From: Octopus bimaculoides
Taxonomy: Eukaryota
DNA length: 41,707 bases
NCBI RefSeq assembly: GCF_001194135.2
Contig: NC_068991.1
Location: 50,775,287-50,816,993 of the forward strand
Direction: 5' to 3'
Part shown: positions 23,514 through 34,290 of the stretch, one piece after another
Position numbering within the stretch: the first letter of the stretch is position 1
Layout: the number at the start of each line of letters is the position of its first letter
The notes under the pieces: generated by a model
The model's database searches: none
The model's input: the letters and a program-made list of their open reading frames with translations, nothing else
Told to the model about the DNA's origin: nothing
Position numbers and translations under genes: made by a program

Positions 23514-24044
23514 AAGAGAGAGAGGTTGGAAAGGAGAGAGAGAGAGGGGGACATGACATATTTAGAGTCAAATAAATATTTAGATATTTCTTTTGAATAT
23601 CTAATCAACACGAATACAAATTAAAATTATAGGGTGTTTTTGAGACAGGGAAAGGTTGTTTCTCAGTATTTATAATAATTTAATTAGTTGTTCTCCTTCT
23701 CGGCCTGTAATATGAAACCGGTGAAATGTAGATTAGTGTCATAATCTTCACGATATTACAAGAACCCTCCATAAATATACTTGCCTAAATGATTAAATCT
23801 GTGTTCTTTAGAGGCCAATATTTCAGTTGTTGAGACTTAGAGATAACATCATTTTCTATTTTCATAGCATCACAACATTCAGCATGATGCAAGGATAACC
23901 TGGTAATGGAATAATGCTACAAGAAATTGATATTTCACCGGATTTTGTATTATTTCCTCATGTTATGAGAGCCATTCACACTTGGCTGACTTAAGAACAG
24001 ACGATAAGACAAAATATTTTCACATCTCATCTTCAAAATATATA

Positions 24045-24420
24045 GGATTGTTGAATGATGGAATAGCTGAGTGATAAAATGGCTGGATGATAGAATTACA
24101 GAGTGATGGAATGGTTGAGTAGTAGAATGGCTGAGTGATGAAATGGTTGGATGTTGAAATGACTGAGTGATGGAATAACTGTGTGATGGAATGACTGAGT
24201 GAAGAATGGATGAATGAAGGAATGACTGAATGATGGAATGGTTGAGTGATAGAATGGGCAAATCATGAAATGAGTGAATGATGGAAGGGTTGTGTGATGG
24301 AATAAATGTGTGATGAAATAGCTGAGTGATGGAATGGTTGAGTACTGGAATAGTTGAGTGATAGAATAGTTGAGTGATGAAGTGACTGAATGATGGAATA
24401 GCTGTGTGATGGACTAAATG
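24045..24420. repeat. Minisatellite, unit of about 16 bp (TGAGTGATGGAATGAC-like)
   Basis: More than 20 degenerate tandem units. Confidence 0.85.
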
Positions 24421-24817
24421 TAGTTCCCTGTATTTATGTTACACATTTAAATCTTTAATCTTTTGAAGCAATTTGTAAATTTGTGGGTGCTGGGAGTGGG
24501 AAGTATAATTCATTAATTTAATTAATCATTCATCTATTGAACTGTAATTAATGGAAGAGTTATCAGCAAAAATCTTATCAACCCTCCCCCACACCCTACT
24601 GCTTCTGGTAATGAGTTACATGTTGCTTTGGTACCTACTTACATTCTGAAACATATCTGTGTATGTGTGTGTGTGTATTTATTAAGCCAAAGTTGACTGT
24701 CTACTCTGGGCTTCATCCTTGGTTGGGCTGTTCACAACCCAGTGTAATGAAGTTCTATACCAGATAATATTTACACTATGTTAAATATATTATTGAAATA
24801 TTCTTCTACAGTTACAA

Positions 24818-24870
<53 letters not shown>

Positions 24871-24883
24871 TGTATGTATGTAT

Positions 24884-24934
<51 letters not shown>

Positions 24935-24983
24935 CATATATATACATATATACACATATATACATATATATACATAAATATAA

Positions 24984-25023
24984 ACTGTCCAATGAATGGG
25001 AACGTGAAACTCAGAGTAACAGT
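24984..25023 (+). ncRNA. Minimal type I hammerhead-like motif, core decayed
   Basis: Stem I ACUGU/ACAGU; core CCAAUGA (2 differences from CUGAUGA); stem II AUG-GGAA-CGU; GAAA 25006-25009; stem III ACUC-A-GAGU; GUA triplet 25016-25018. Confidence 0.6.
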
Positions 25024-26092
25024 CTTTTGTTATATNNNNNNNNNNNNNNNNNNNNNNNNNNNNNNNNNNNNNNNNNNNNNNNNNNNNNNNNNNNNNNNNN
25101 NNNNNNNNNNNNNNNNNNNNNNNNNNNNNNNNNNNNNNNNNNNNNNNNNNNNNNNNNNNNNNNNNNNNNNNNNNNNNNNNNNNNNNNNNNNNNNNNNNNN
25201 NNNNNNNNNNNNNNNNNNNNNNNNNTATATATATATATATATATGTATAATACAAATGATATGTGAGGATATGCATATATACATACATATATGTACATAC
25301 CTACATCTACATCTATATATAGATGCATATCCAGGTACAGGACATCAAAAAAACGTGGATAAAAAAGGAACGGGAACACAAAGCACAAAAAGCAAACTTT
25401 TTTTACGGACAACAGAATGAACACATAGGAAAACAGACAAGCCCCATATGGAACTTTTCCTTCATCAGCTGCCTCTACTCTAAACTATGCATTTCAAAGA
25501 TGAGGCAGAACATGCTCTTAGAATAACTCTTGCAAAGTAAATTAAATAAAACCTACTATGCGGAGGATTCCAAAGTAGCAAACAGAAACCAAGACAGGGA
25601 AAACTAAACAGTGAAAACAACGTTGAGGGCTGTTAAGCTGAACAAGATGAGATACTGAACGCTGTGATGTGACGAACTTCAGCAGAAAGAGATAGCAGTT
25701 CATGTTGCCTTTATGCTGGCCGAATGGAGAAAAGAAGAGGTGACCACAGGTCACGTGTGATCAACGAGGAGTGGTAGAGAGAGGAAAGGGGGATCTTCAG
25801 ATGTTGGGCTTCACAGAGGGAATGACAGGAGACTGAGACTCCTGGCAGTTTGTTGTGCTTGAAAGGACACATCAAGCTAAGTAAAATTGTGGTTGTCCTT
25901 TCATATAAGCATGTCTCCTGCATCCCTTTTCTGCTTCTAATCTTGCAGGCTCGTGGGTGCCAGTACCATGTAAAAAGCACCTACCCTAATGTCACATTAA
26001 AGCACTCGAGCCAGTGTGTTTTGTTCCTACATCTTGGTGGAATGTAGTTGCTGTTGTTTTTTACCATTGATTCATCATCTTTATTCTTGTCC

Positions 26093-26333
26093 ATTATTTA
26101 CATTTGATGGATATTTGTCCTCATCTTGTTTGTTGTTAACATAACGTTTCAGCTGATATACCCTCCAGCCTTCATCAGGTGTCTTGGGGAAATTTCAAAC
26201 CTGGGTTCTCATTCCTAAGGTATTTTTCGATGTTGTTGTTATTGTTATTATTATTATCCAGGTCACTGCCTGGAATCGAACTCAGAATCTTTGGGTTAGT
26301 AACCCACACTCTTAACCACTACGCCATATGCCC
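26093..26333 (-). mobile_element. tRNA-headed SINE-like element with a hammerhead-containing 3' tail
   Basis: Minus strand: A-box TGGCGTAGTGG (26326-26316), B-box GTTCGATTCC (26281-26272), (AAT/AAC)n linker, HHR, TGTAAATAAT tail. Confidence 0.8.
26138..26183 (-). ncRNA. Minimal type I hammerhead ribozyme motif
   Basis: GACAC CUGAUGA A GGCUG-GAGGGUAUAU-CAGCU GAAA C GUU AUGUU; palindromic AACGUU stem III; predicted cut between 26143 and 26142. Confidence 0.75.
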
Positions 26334-26504
26334 AAGACACCTGATGAAGGCTGGAGGGTATATCAGCCGAAATGTTGTGTTAACAACAAAGATGAGGACA
26401 AATNNNNNNNNNNTTGTGTTAACAACAAAGATGAGGACAAATATTTGTCAAATGTAAATAATGTAAATAATGTACATAATTCCTCATCTCTTAAATATAG
26501 AACT
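26331..26504 (+). mobile_element. Inverted copy of the element's HHR-containing 3' tail, fused to the tRNA head
   Basis: CCCAAGACACCTGATGAAGGCTGGAGGGTATATCAGCCGAAATGTTGTGTTAACAACAAAGATGAGGACAAAT is the reverse complement of 26111-26188; includes a 10-N gap with duplicated flank. Confidence 0.85.
26336..26381 (+). ncRNA. Minimal type I hammerhead ribozyme motif (second copy)
   Basis: Stem I GACAC/GUGUU; CUGAUGA 26341-26347; stem II GGCUG/CAGCC; GAAA 26369-26372; GUU triplet 26374-26376. Confidence 0.75.
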
Positions 26505-26914
26505 TTATTCTTGTTGTCCAATTATTCTTATGAGTCATAATTTTCTGCATAATTCAGAAATAGTGTCTTTCATTTCATTGAATTCATTGTTTTTGAGGGG
26601 TTGGTGTCAATTGAAGTCTTTCATCAGCTCAGCTTAAGAACTGAACATAGAGGATAGCAGTGAACAATCAAACAATTTCATTTCTAGCTGGGAATGTCAT
26701 TTTTGTTAGCCTATGATTGAGATTTTGTTTTCTAAAAAGATTTGTTAATAGAAATTTGGTCATTATTTAGCAGGTCAAAAGTCAAATAACTGTGAAGATG
26801 CACTCTTATCAGTTCAATTAGTCACTAACCCTTGTGGTTCCAGCCTGCCTGACATGTCTCTAGTTTCTATGACACAAAATGTCTCATTTTAAAGTGTTCA
26901 CATGAAAATTAATT

Positions 26915-27115
26915 TCAAATTTTGTCACAAGGCCAGCGATTGCAGAGGAGGGGATAACATTGAGCCCATTGCTCAACTGATACTTATTTTATTAACCCTG
27001 AATGGATGAGAGGCAAAGCTGACCCAGTGACATTTGAACTCAGAATGTAAAGTCAGATGAAATTCCACTAAGCATTTTATCCAGCATGCTAACAATTCTG
27101 CCAGATTGACACCTT
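26915..27115 (-). mobile_element. SINE family B
   Basis: AAATTTTGTCACAAGGCCAGC...ATTTGAACTCAGAATGTAAAG...TTCTGCCAG. Confidence 0.8.
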
Positions 27116-27415
27116 ATGTTCACATGTCAGTTAAAACATCAGTTTCATAGAAGAAGCTTTTGTTAAGTCCTAAACATCAACTTAATTAGCTAAGTTAATT
27201 ATTTTGAAAAATCTTTCTAAATTCTTCATTATTTGCAAAATCAATTAAGACACACAGAAAGTGTTCCTTATTCAAAATATAGCAAAGAAACAGTTAAACT
27301 CTATCTTTACACCAATGTTTGACTGATTGAAAGTCGATATTTGTTCCAGCTCTTTATGTTCTTAGTTCTGAGGTGAATAGATTTTCTCCTTCACCTAAGT
27401 TTGAGGAGAACTTAC

Positions 27416-27443
27416 TCCCATTCTCCCATAAGTTTTAGAAACC
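27416..27443 (-). other. Candidate 28-nt micro-exon (frame-shifting)
   Basis: tgtgacttttttttcag|GGTTTCTAAAACTTATGGGAGAATGGGA|GTAAGT; not a multiple of 3. Confidence 0.3.
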
Positions 27444-27747
27444 CTGAAAAAAAAGTCACAGTTACTTCTTGCCTGGCACACATCCACTTTCCCCAGTTCC
27501 ACTTCCCCCAGTTCCACTCCCTCTTTCAACTCTTAGTTTAGAGAGAGGTCTTTGTCTTGCAGGTTACATGGTGACCCTGTTGGTGCTGGTGCCATATAAA
27601 TTGCATCTATGCCTGTGCCATGTAAAATGCACCTGTGCTGGTGCCACATTAAAAGCACCTGTGCCTGTGCATCATAAAAAGCACCCATGCTGGTGCCATG
27701 AAAAGAAGCACCTGAATTGGTGTCACATAAAAAGCTCCTGTGCCAGT

Positions 27748-28766
27748 CCCTTAGTCCTTAGTCCATCCCGCGTCTGGTGGCACATTGGGCAGACAACAAT
27801 CTCCACTGATCTCTATCGGCAGCCTCTCTCTTGATGTTTTCCCATTTTCTGTTTATTACTGCTATGTCTGCTTTGAACGATCTGCGCCATGTTGTTTTTG
27901 GTCTTCCTCTCTTTCTCTTTCCGTCAGGTGGTTCCCATCTAAATGCTGTTTTGGCGTGCCGTTGGTCTGGCATGCAGAAAATGTTCCCAGCTAGTCTCAT
28001 TCTTCTCTCTGCCAGGATGTCTTGCAACCTTCTGGACTGTGCTCGCTGGAGGACTGCAGTATTTGTGATATGGTTGCGATCGGAGATCTTCAATATTTTC
28101 CGTAAGCACCTCTGATGGAATACATCCAGTTTCTTGGATATTACTCTTACTCTTTTACTTGTTTCAGTCATTTGACTGGGGCCGCCTTTAGTCGAGCAAA
28201 TCAACCCCAGGACTTATTCTTTGTAAGTCTAGTACTTATTCTATTGGTCTCTTTTGCCGAACTGTTAAGTTACAGGGACGTAAACACACCGGCATTGGTT
28301 GTCAAGCGATGTTGGGGGACAAACACAGACACACAAACATATACACATGCATAGATATGTACATATATACATATATACGACAGGCTTCTTTCAGTTTCCG
28401 TCTAGCAAATCCACTCACAAGGCTTTGGTCGGCCCGAGGCTTTTAGTAGAAGACACTTGCCCAAGGTGCCACGCAGTGGGACTGAACCCGGAACCATGTG
28501 GTTGGTAAGCAAGCTACTTACCACGCAGCCACTCCTACGCCTATTGTTGATGTTACTTTCCAAGTTTCACTGGCATACAGTGCTGTTGGTAACACGATGG
28601 TGCTGTATAGACGCAGATTTATTTTCAAATCAATGCTTTTACTTGCCCAGATTTTCCCCATCTTTCTGAAAACTGCTGCAGCTTTGCCAGCCAACTCTCA
28701 CTTTGATATCACTATCTGCTCCTCCATCACTCGCTATTATGCTGCCCAGGTATGAAAAGCTGGTAA
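27748..28766 (-). mobile_element. 5'-truncated RTE-clade LINE (ORF2 C-terminus), itself split by a SINE
   Basis: VTSFSYLGSIIASDGGADSDIKVRVG...ETWKVTST | ISKKLDVFHQRCLRKILKI...GKRKRGRPKTTWRR...DRDQWR; (GACTAAG)n tail; 10-bp TSD CTGTGCCAGT at 27738-27747 and 28767-28776. Confidence 0.92.
28143..28541 (-). mobile_element. SINE family A, full length, young (CpGs retained)
   Basis: Complete head to tail; TATT duplicated at 28139-28142 and 28542-28545; removing it restores the RTE frame (T-I-S-K-K). Confidence 0.92.
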
Positions 28767-29154
28767 CTGTGCCAGTGTCATGTAAAAAAGTATTTGTCAG
28801 TGCCACATAAAAAATACCTGTGCTGGTGTCATGTGAGAAGCCTCTATACACTCTGTGATTGGCGTTAGGAAGGGTATCCACCCATAGAAATCAAGCCAAA
28901 AGAGATAACAGGCGTCTGGTGCAACACTCTGGCAGGACTCCTGTCAAATCATCCAACCCATGCCAACATGTAAAACGGATGTTAAATGATTATGATGATA
29001 ATGATAATGATGATGACTGGTCTGCCTTAGTAATACAAGAACCAAAACCATTCCTGAGGTTTCAAGCGTTTTGGAATTAGCTGTAGATATTTTCTGAAAT
29101 ACTATTTCATCCAAAATAACTTTCCCCTAGAACATACGCCTTATAGGCAGAGAG

Positions 29155-29459
29155 AAATAAAGAGAGGGGAGGGGAGAGAGAGGAGAAAAGCGAAAGAGAG
29201 AGAGAAGAAGAAAAGAGAGAAAGAGAAAGAAGGAGTAAGAGAGAGAAAACAGAGAGGGAGCGAGACAGAGAAAGAAATAGAGGTAGAGAGAAAAAGAAAG
29301 GGAGAAAGAGAGGAGAGAGATAGAGAGAGGGGGAACGAGAGAGAGAAAGAGTGAAAGAGAGAAGGGAGAGAGAGAGAGAGGAGAAACAGAGAGAGAGAGA
29401 GAGAGAGAGAGAAAGAAAGAAGGGAGAGAGAAAGAAAGAAGGGAGAGAGAGAGAGAAAG

Positions 29460-29514
<55 letters not shown>

Positions 29515-29525
29515 GAGAGAGACGG
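29155..29525. repeat. GA-rich / (GATA)n compound microsatellite
   Basis: Visible directly in the sequence. Confidence 0.9.
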
Positions 29526-30039
29526 AAGTTTGAGGTAAGTAGAAATGAAGAGAGAAACTTGAAGAGGCAAATCTAAAAGGGAAAGTGGTTTGAAGGGTGA
29601 CATGTCTCTTTAAATCATGTAAACAGGGATAAAATAGATTTACATCTATGTTTAGAACATCATCATCATCATCATTGTTGTTGTCATCAAGGAGGAAAAG
29701 AAGAGGCATAAGAGGAGGAGGAAGAGGATGTGTGAATTTGGTATGTTTGAATGTACATATGTGTGTGTCTGTGTGTGTCTGTGTGTGCATAATCTTTTAC
29801 TGATGTATATTTACTGAGGATATAAAGATCAGTATCAAAAAAAAAACCCTGAAAACCTGGTACTTTAAAAATGAAATTCCATGAGATATTTGTTTTCCAT
29901 TGAGGTACAAACACTCCCTTGTCACTCTCAACATCGGTAAAACTGTCATTAGAAACTGACAGATATAAAATATATAACAATAATAATAATAATAATTATG
30001 ATAACGACGATGACAATGAGGACAATAACGATAATAATA

Positions 30040-30262
30040 ATAATCTTTTCTACTCTAGGCACAATACCCAAAATTTTGGGGGAGGGGGCCAGTTGATTAG
30101 CTCGACTTCCAGTATGCAACTGGTACTTAATTTATTGATCCTAAAAGGATGAAAGGCAAAGTCGACCTCAGCGGAATTTGAATTCAGAATGTAAAGACAG
30201 ACGAAATATCATTAAGCATTTTGCCCGGTATGCTAACATTTCTGCAAGCTCACTGCCTTATG
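30040..30262 (-). mobile_element. SINE family B
   Basis: CAACTGGTACTTAATTTATTGATCCTAAAAGGATGAAAGGCAAAGTCGACCTCAGCGGAATTTGAATTCAG. Confidence 0.85.
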
Positions 30263-30296
<34 letters not shown>

Positions 30297-31164
30297 TAAT
30301 AATGGAAGTCCTAAGCAGTGATGAGGCAAATGAAAAGGGAGAACTTTAAACAAAACAGACAGAATGATACCTTGAAAGAAAAACAATGTGTGGTCAATTT
30401 CTGTGAGAAATGCCTGAGAACTGGACACTGGCTTTGTTTGTAAATTGTACAGAAAATATGAAATATGTAGAAACTATGAAGATTATGAGTTTCTGACTGA
30501 TCAGTGAAAATATGTTTAATTGTTGTATTGAGACAAATAATTAAGAGAAATTTCATTATTTGTCTCAATTTGTTAAGAATATTGTATTAAGTAAATGTAG
30601 ATGTAACCATGGAAACCATCCTGTTTTTGTGTTGTGAGTGGAATCTGAAGACAAACCTCCCGCACTTTTAGCAGAAGAGTTCGGTGTCAGGAACCCCTCA
30701 AAGAAACTGATGAGGAATTAAAGAAATAGGTTTACAGTCATACAAATGAGTCATGCTAGAATTGCTTTCAAGAACACACTTATATACAAACACACACACA
30801 CACACGGATATGCAAGCATATGCAAATGCAAACATAAACTCACTCCCAATAACTCACATTCGTCAGGCACACCACACACACAGACATTATTTAAATGTAA
30901 ACACATGCTCTCCTATGGATGAATACATGCAGACACATAACTTTATCAATATATCTATGTGTTTTTCTCACTGCTTCACATTCTGTTACTCTCTCAATCC
31001 ACATTTGTACACACACACACACACGCACACGCACACACACACAAATAAATGGATATACCATACACACACACACACATATATGCGTAGATAAATTTATATG
31101 GCATTTGGTATCATTCATTCTCTCCTTTCTTCCACCCTTGCTATCCATCATGCAATCACCCCTA

Positions 31165-31450
31165 TCTTTTCAAGTGCTGGTGTCACAGTAGAATGCACCC
31201 AGTGCACTTTGTTAAGTACGAGATTAAGAGGTCGCCTTAACCTCCACAAACACATGTCAGCCTCCTTGATGTTAGTACTACAAAAAATAAACTCAGTACA
31301 CCCTAGAAAGGGGTTAGTATTAGGAAAGGTATCCAGTGGTAGAAATTATACCACAATCTGTGTGGTCCTCTAATTCCCTGAGGAGAGCAGCAACATGTTG
31401 TCCAACCTATGCAGACAATGGAAAGTAGATGTAAAATGATGATGGTCATA
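31165..31450 (+). mobile_element. SINE-like family C, decayed
   Basis: GTGCTGGTGTCAC...TAGGAAAGGTATCCAGTGGTAG...TCCAACCTATGCAGACAATGGAAAGTAGATGTAAAATGATGATG. Confidence 0.65.
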
Positions 31451-31486
31451 ATAATAACGATTTAAGATAAAGGAAGCTTTACTTAC

Positions 31487-31522
31487 CAAGCAGGTCAGAG
31501 TTGTCTCTCTTGGAATCTGGTG
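31487..31522 (-). other. Candidate 36-nt micro-exon
   Basis: ttttttctcctcag|CACCAGATTCCAAGAGAGACAACTCTGACCTGCTTG|GTAAGT; multiple of 3; phase-1 frame PDSKRDNSDLL is stop-free. Confidence 0.5.
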
Positions 31523-31639
31523 CTGAGGAGAAAAAACTGTACAATCAGAGTATACAATGATACTAACCATAATCTATTTTGAAGAAATGCTCAGAAATAC
31601 TTACTGTGGTGATGATGATAGCATTAATTAATTCTGTTT

Positions 31640-31834
31640 TTTATCTTTTTTTACTGTGGCCATGTTGGGGCACCACCTTGAAGGGTTTTAGTTATACAAA
31701 TCGACCCTAGGATTTTTTTAAGCCTGATACTTATTCTATCAGTTTCTTTTGCCAAATCACTAAGTTATGGGGTCATAAACACATAAACATTGGTTGTCAA
31801 AAACTGGTGGGGGACAAACACACATACACACATA

Positions 31835-31890
<56 letters not shown>

Positions 31891-32061
31891 NNNNNNNNNN
31901 NNNNNNNNNNNNNNNNNNNNNNNNNNNNNNNNNNNNNNNNNNNNNNNNNNNNNNNNNNNNNNNNNNNNNNNNNNNNNNNNNNNNNNNNNNNNNNNNNNNN
32001 NNNNNNNNNNNNNNNNNNNNNNNNNNNNNNNNNNNNNNNNNNNNNNNNNNNNNNNNNNNNN

Positions 32062-32110
<49 letters not shown>

Positions 32111-32265
32111 CGAGCTTCTTTCAATTTCCATCTACCAAATCTAATCATAAGGCTTTGGTTGGCCTAAGGCTATAGCAGAAGGCACTTACTCAAGATGCCA
32201 CACTGTAGGACTGAACCTGGAACCATGTGGTTGGGAGGCAAGCTTCTTATCACACAGCCATGCCT
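31640..32265 (-). mobile_element. SINE family A, full length, with expanded internal (TA)n and an N gap
   Basis: Tail 31640-31830 and head 32108-32265 match the 28143-28541 copy. Confidence 0.85.
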
Positions 32266-32589
32266 GAAATCCAACCTGAAATAAAATGAAAACTATTTTT
32301 ATTTTCTCTTCCTTTGCAATGAATTGAGATACCAACATGTCAATGAATTAAAGTTATTATTGCTTATGAGGCATACAAAACTGTTTGACTCTGCCGAATC
32401 TCATTGACTGACCAAAATCAAATTGCTGAAGAAACAAATCACTTCCAGTGAGACACCAATCACTAACAAACACTAAAGACCTACAACAATGCCTGAATCA
32501 ACAAAAGAATAACAGTTTACATTTTGATTGGCCTTAATTGGCAGGAAACAACTCAAAGGGATGAAACTGAAGATTTAAATCAAAGAGAT

Positions 32590-32602
32590 GAGTGTTTGTT
32601 AA

Positions 32603-32636
<34 letters not shown>

Positions 32637-32703
32637 CAGAGTGTGTGTGGCTGAAAGAGAAAAAGAGAAAGAGAGAGTGTGTGAGAGAGACATAGAGAGT
32701 ATG

Positions 32704-32737
<34 letters not shown>

Positions 32738-33043
32738 CGTATGTGTGTGTGAGAGAGAGGGAGAGGTGTGTAAGAGAGAGGGAGAGGTGTGTAAGAGAGA
32801 GGGAGAGGTGTGTAAGAGAGAGAGTGTGTGTGTAAGAGAGGGAGAGGTGTGTAAGAGAGAGAGAGTGTGTGATTATGAGAGAGGGAGGGAGTGTGTAAGA
32901 GAAGGAAAGAATTGTGTGTGTGAGAGAGAGAGAGAGAGAAAGAGAGAGCGAAAAGAGTGCACATGCATGTGTGTGTGTGAGAGAGAAAGAGATGTGTGTG
33001 TAAGAGAAAGAAAGTGTGTAAGAGAGAGTGAGAAAGAATGTGC

Positions 33044-33074
<31 letters not shown>

Positions 33075-33155
33075 TGTGTGTGTGTGTGTGTGTGTGTGTG
33101 CATGCGTGCATGTGTGTGTGCATGCGTGCATGTGTGTGTGTGTGTGTGTGTGTGT
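32590..33155. repeat. Compound GA/GT microsatellite with a 21-bp sub-repeat (GAGAGGGAGAGGTGTGTAAGA)
   Basis: Visible directly in the sequence. Confidence 0.9.
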
Positions 33156-33411
33156 TTTCATTCCCTCTCACACTTGCTGTTTGTGTTTGTACAACATTTA
33201 AGCAAAGGTAAACACATTTACTCTTCAACCTAAATCTAAAATCTTTGAATATTCAGTTTGGTGTGAAGAAGTGGAAAGCATTCTTTAGAGATGGTTTTTG
33301 TAGATGAAGTTACTGCTGTTGCAACTACTTCTGCTGCTGCTGCTGCTACTGAAGACCATCATTATCGTCCCCAAATTTACTGTTTTATGTTGGTATTGGT
33401 TTGATAGGGCT

Positions 33412-33640
33412 TTAACCCTTTTGATACCAACCTGGCTGAAACCGCCTCTGGCTCTGTTGTACAAATGTCTTGTTTTCATAAGTTTTAAATTAAAATCTTC
33501 CACCAAAATTGGTCACAATTTATGTTCCTAACACTAACTTAATGATAATTAAGTTATTTTACTAAATTCTTTGTTATATTTAAAATTAATTTAAAGAAAA
33601 ACAGGGCATCTCAAAATAGATACAGTAACGAAAGGGTTAA
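33412..33640. mobile_element. TTAA-flanked piggyBac-like MITE (229 bp)
   Basis: TTAACCCTTTTGATAC ... GTAACGAAAGGGTTAA terminal inverted repeats. Confidence 0.75.
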
Positions 33641-33900
33641 AGCCTTAATTCTATATCAATTCTCTTATGTGAGATATCTCTACCAATATATACTGGGTGC
33701 AGATTTGCATCCATAATCAGCTGGAGGAGGTTCTCCTCTTGGGGTTAAAAAATGACAGCAGTGATGGTTTGTACAGAACAGCCGTGTTGAAGTGATGACA
33801 AATATTACTTCTCAAAAACAAAAGACCTTTTGAAGCAAATTCAAAGACTTCTATTTGTTCCATTGACACTTCTTTTATTCCTTTGTGTGTTCACACTTGT

Positions 33901-34290
33901 GGAGGTGCAATGGCCCAGTGGTTAGGGTAGCGGATTCGCGGTCATAGGATCGCAGTTTCGATTGTTGGTTTCTTCGACTAAAACCCTTTAAAGCGGTACT
34001 CCAGCTTGGCTACATTCAAATGATTGTAACGAGGAAAAGAATAAAATAATATCAATGTGCATATGACTATCGGTTTGTATTTGTTATCCACCACCGCTTG
34101 ACAACCGGTGTTGGTGTGTTTACATCCTTGTAACTTAGGAGTTCAGCAAAAGCAACCGATAGGCTTAAAAAAAAATTATAAGTACCGGAGTCAATTCATT
34201 TGACTAAAGATTCTTCAAAGCGGTGCCCCAGCATGGTCACGGTCTAATGACTGAAACAAACAACAGATGATAAAAGAAAAGAATAAAAGA
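33901..34290 (+). mobile_element. tRNA-like head fused to a family A tail, followed by a second family A 3' half
   Basis: A-box TGGCCCAGTGG 33911-33921, B-box-like GTTTCGATT 33955-33963, then TTCGACTAAAACCC...CTCCAGC tail; 34070-34290 is a second 3' half. Confidence 0.7.

Larger units (their letters stand above)
27540..29015 (+). mobile_element. SINE-like family C split by an RTE insertion (arms 27540-27747 and 28767-29015)
   Basis: Tandem GTGCTGGTGCCACATAAAAAGCACC units continue on both sides; 3' tail CGGATGTTAAATGATTATGATG. Confidence 0.8.

Noticed and set aside
24643-24645. 3-nt micro-exon (tttcag|AAT|GTAAGT, minus)
   Set aside because: Weak pyrimidine tract next to a microsatellite; expected by chance.
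26258-26333. tRNA gene
   Set aside because: A- and B-boxes are present but there is no pairing acceptor stem; it is a SINE head.
27575-28830. CRISPR-like regularly spaced 25-27-bp repeats
   Set aside because: Units are adjacent and degenerate with no unique spacers; eukaryotic context; no cas genes.
30707-30735. CTGATGA...GAAA as another hammerhead
   Set aside because: No pairing for stem II (GGAATTAAA) and no convincing stem I or III; at best an unrecognisable remnant.
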